A stretch of DNA of 64,000 nucleotides from assembly GCF_021028975.2 (NCBI RefSeq), contig NC_059430.1:61380001-61444000 (forward strand), read 5' to 3'. Position numbers and translations under genes: made by a program. How positions within the stretch are numbered: position 1 is the stretch's first letter; the number at the start of each line of letters is the position of its first letter. Under the pieces are notes generated by a model, which was not told where the DNA came from, ran no database searches, and saw nothing but the letters and a program-made list of their open reading frames with translations. Of the stretch, positions 62,161-64,000 are shown in pieces. The stretch is from Sphaerodactylus townsendi (Eukaryota).

Positions 62161-64000
62161 ATAACTGCTTCTATTAAAATAATATGCTGGACTGCAAGGA
62201 AATGTGCTCCATCTCTGTTTTGTGTGTGTGTTTTTAAATATTTAATGCTTACTATTAAAATGTAATATTAAAATTTGGGGAGATAAACAGGCAGAATGAC
62301 TTATATAAAGATCAATGAAAAAGTATAATGAAAACTATTTAAACACAGTGCACTAAAATTAGAATGGTGTTTTGCTCAACTACTGTATTTTTTAAAGTCC
62401 ATGACACTTTGATAGGCATACCTAAATTGAATATATGCACTTTATCTTTTGCTGGTCATGCACCTAAAATCTGCTGGAAACTTTGCTTGAAAGTAATATT
62501 GAATGGATTTTTCCTAAGACCTCTTTTCTTCTGTTTTGAAAAGTACTGTTCAGTCATTTCCACTGGAAAGTGTCAAACCCTCTTAAATAATTGCAATAAA
62601 TGCATCACGGAAAATATATTTCTTTGGCAGCTGTGATTTAGCTTTAAAATAACAGTTTTTATAATAGTGGTTATTTAAAAAAAAATAAATCCCAAAGAAA
62701 AGCCTAAGTTCGTTTTATATGTTAGAATTCTCTACTAATGGATTATTTGTATGATTTAAGACCTGGGTGTATACTGAGTTTTAGGCAAGCTGACATTTAC
62801 ATTTGAAAGCTTCAGATCTGGCAGCCTTATAATCAGTTGTTGTTATTAACTCCATTGTGAGAGTAAGGATTAGGAAGTGTACATTCATCACCTTCTGAAA
62901 TGCCATACAGCAGGGAAAATAATGAATGGAACTGAAATTAGAAGTGCATCTGTAAAAGTGAGAGAATGAAGAAACTCAAAATGTGAAAATGATTATAGAG
63001 AGGCAATGAACTGGATCATTTTAATATGGGGTGAGATGTGCAAAATTAGGGAATAGGATTGAGAACCTAAAAATGTTTTAAACATGCTTAGTATTTAAAG
63101 TCACAAATATTATATCTACATCTTATTTGTAAAATACAACATAAGAATAGTCCTTCATTAAATCAAGAGACTATATTTAGGCCAGCATTCAGTTTTCACC
63201 TGTGGCCAATTAGATATTTGCAGGAAGTCCAGAAGCAAAGTATGAAGTTATTTTATTTGCCTAATTTATAGCACACTTGAGTTGGATTTCCCCATTTGTC
63301 CTTGCAACAACTGATAGTTGTTATAGCTAGCTGCTGCTAGTAAAGTATTTAAATCGGTGGTAATCACATTTTGTGGCGCAGTACTAAAAGATCCCTTTCT
63401 GTATCATTCTTGCAGTTCATTATTAATGTTAGACTCTCTCGTGTCATCAGTATTAGCAGCACATTCAATGAATAATAAGCTTAAACTGATGCAACCAAGC
63501 TGTATAAATAGTCGTTTCTGTTTCACCTGAGACAGAGACACCGTATCTAATCTAGTAGAGTCCTAAAAAACAATCCTGGTAAGTAACTTGCTACTAATAC
63601 ATGTTTTTTTTTCTTTTTGGTTGTTCTCAGTGGTTTATCATAACTCTTTTTCACTGTCCCCCATAGTTTATGGGAAGACATAAAATGTTTTGTGATAGAT
63701 TTCCCTTATTTGGTGTACTTGAACTATTTACTCAAGATTATACCAAGGATAAAATGATCTGTTCACCTATGTTTTATGCTTCCAAATGAGCTTGGAGTCT
63801 GTTTCTTGAGCAGTTGTTCCTTTATATGTCTTGATCATCAGTGCTGGAAATAAAGGACCGTTTGCACATATCTTAGGAGTGCAGAACTCCAGTGCAAAAA
63901 ATATCATTTCTGGCTACCCATTTCATAATTATATATGCCTGAAAGTAGTACAAATCTCTGTAAATAGAGACTTGCATCCTTGGCAGACTAGTCCCATACA

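Overview
Vertebrate genomic DNA from a squamate reptile. The Sauria, 5S-derived and Squam-type SINEs, CR1, L2 and RTE/BovB repeats suggest a gecko. Four protein-coding genes are present. (1) The 5' part of TBK1 (- strand): non-coding exon 1 at a CpG island (~11354-11550) and coding exons 7047-6961, 2014-1874 and 1270-1141; the gene continues off the left edge. (2) A complete XPOT/exportin-T (- strand): 24 coding exons from 36484 to 13723 join in frame to 2886 nt (961 aa), with one GC-AG intron and a probable non-coding exon 1 near 43164-43235. (3) A complete intron-containing RPL18A (+ strand, 48471-53611, 176 aa) with a TCT/TOP start and SNORA68 in intron 3. (4) A complete KICS2/C12orf66 (+ strand, 57959-62160, 446 aa). 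There is a 146-N assembly gap at 9716-9861. Introns and intergenic DNA hold many MITEs (Tc1/mariner, hAT, Harbinger), a non-autonomous Helitron, solo LTRs and LINE/SINE fragments. The most notable observations are: RPL18A sits where C12orf56 lies in human; a 2.74-kb cargo-carrying hAT element with a perfect 8-bp TSD lies 280 bp upstream of the KICS2 ATG; TBK1 intron 1 has an ISRE plus a kB site; XPOT exon 2 has three uORFs, one per frame; and OC1/hAT1-like elements are present. No wholly new gene system is demonstrable from the sequence alone. Family names and cross-species comparisons are from recall, not from searches.
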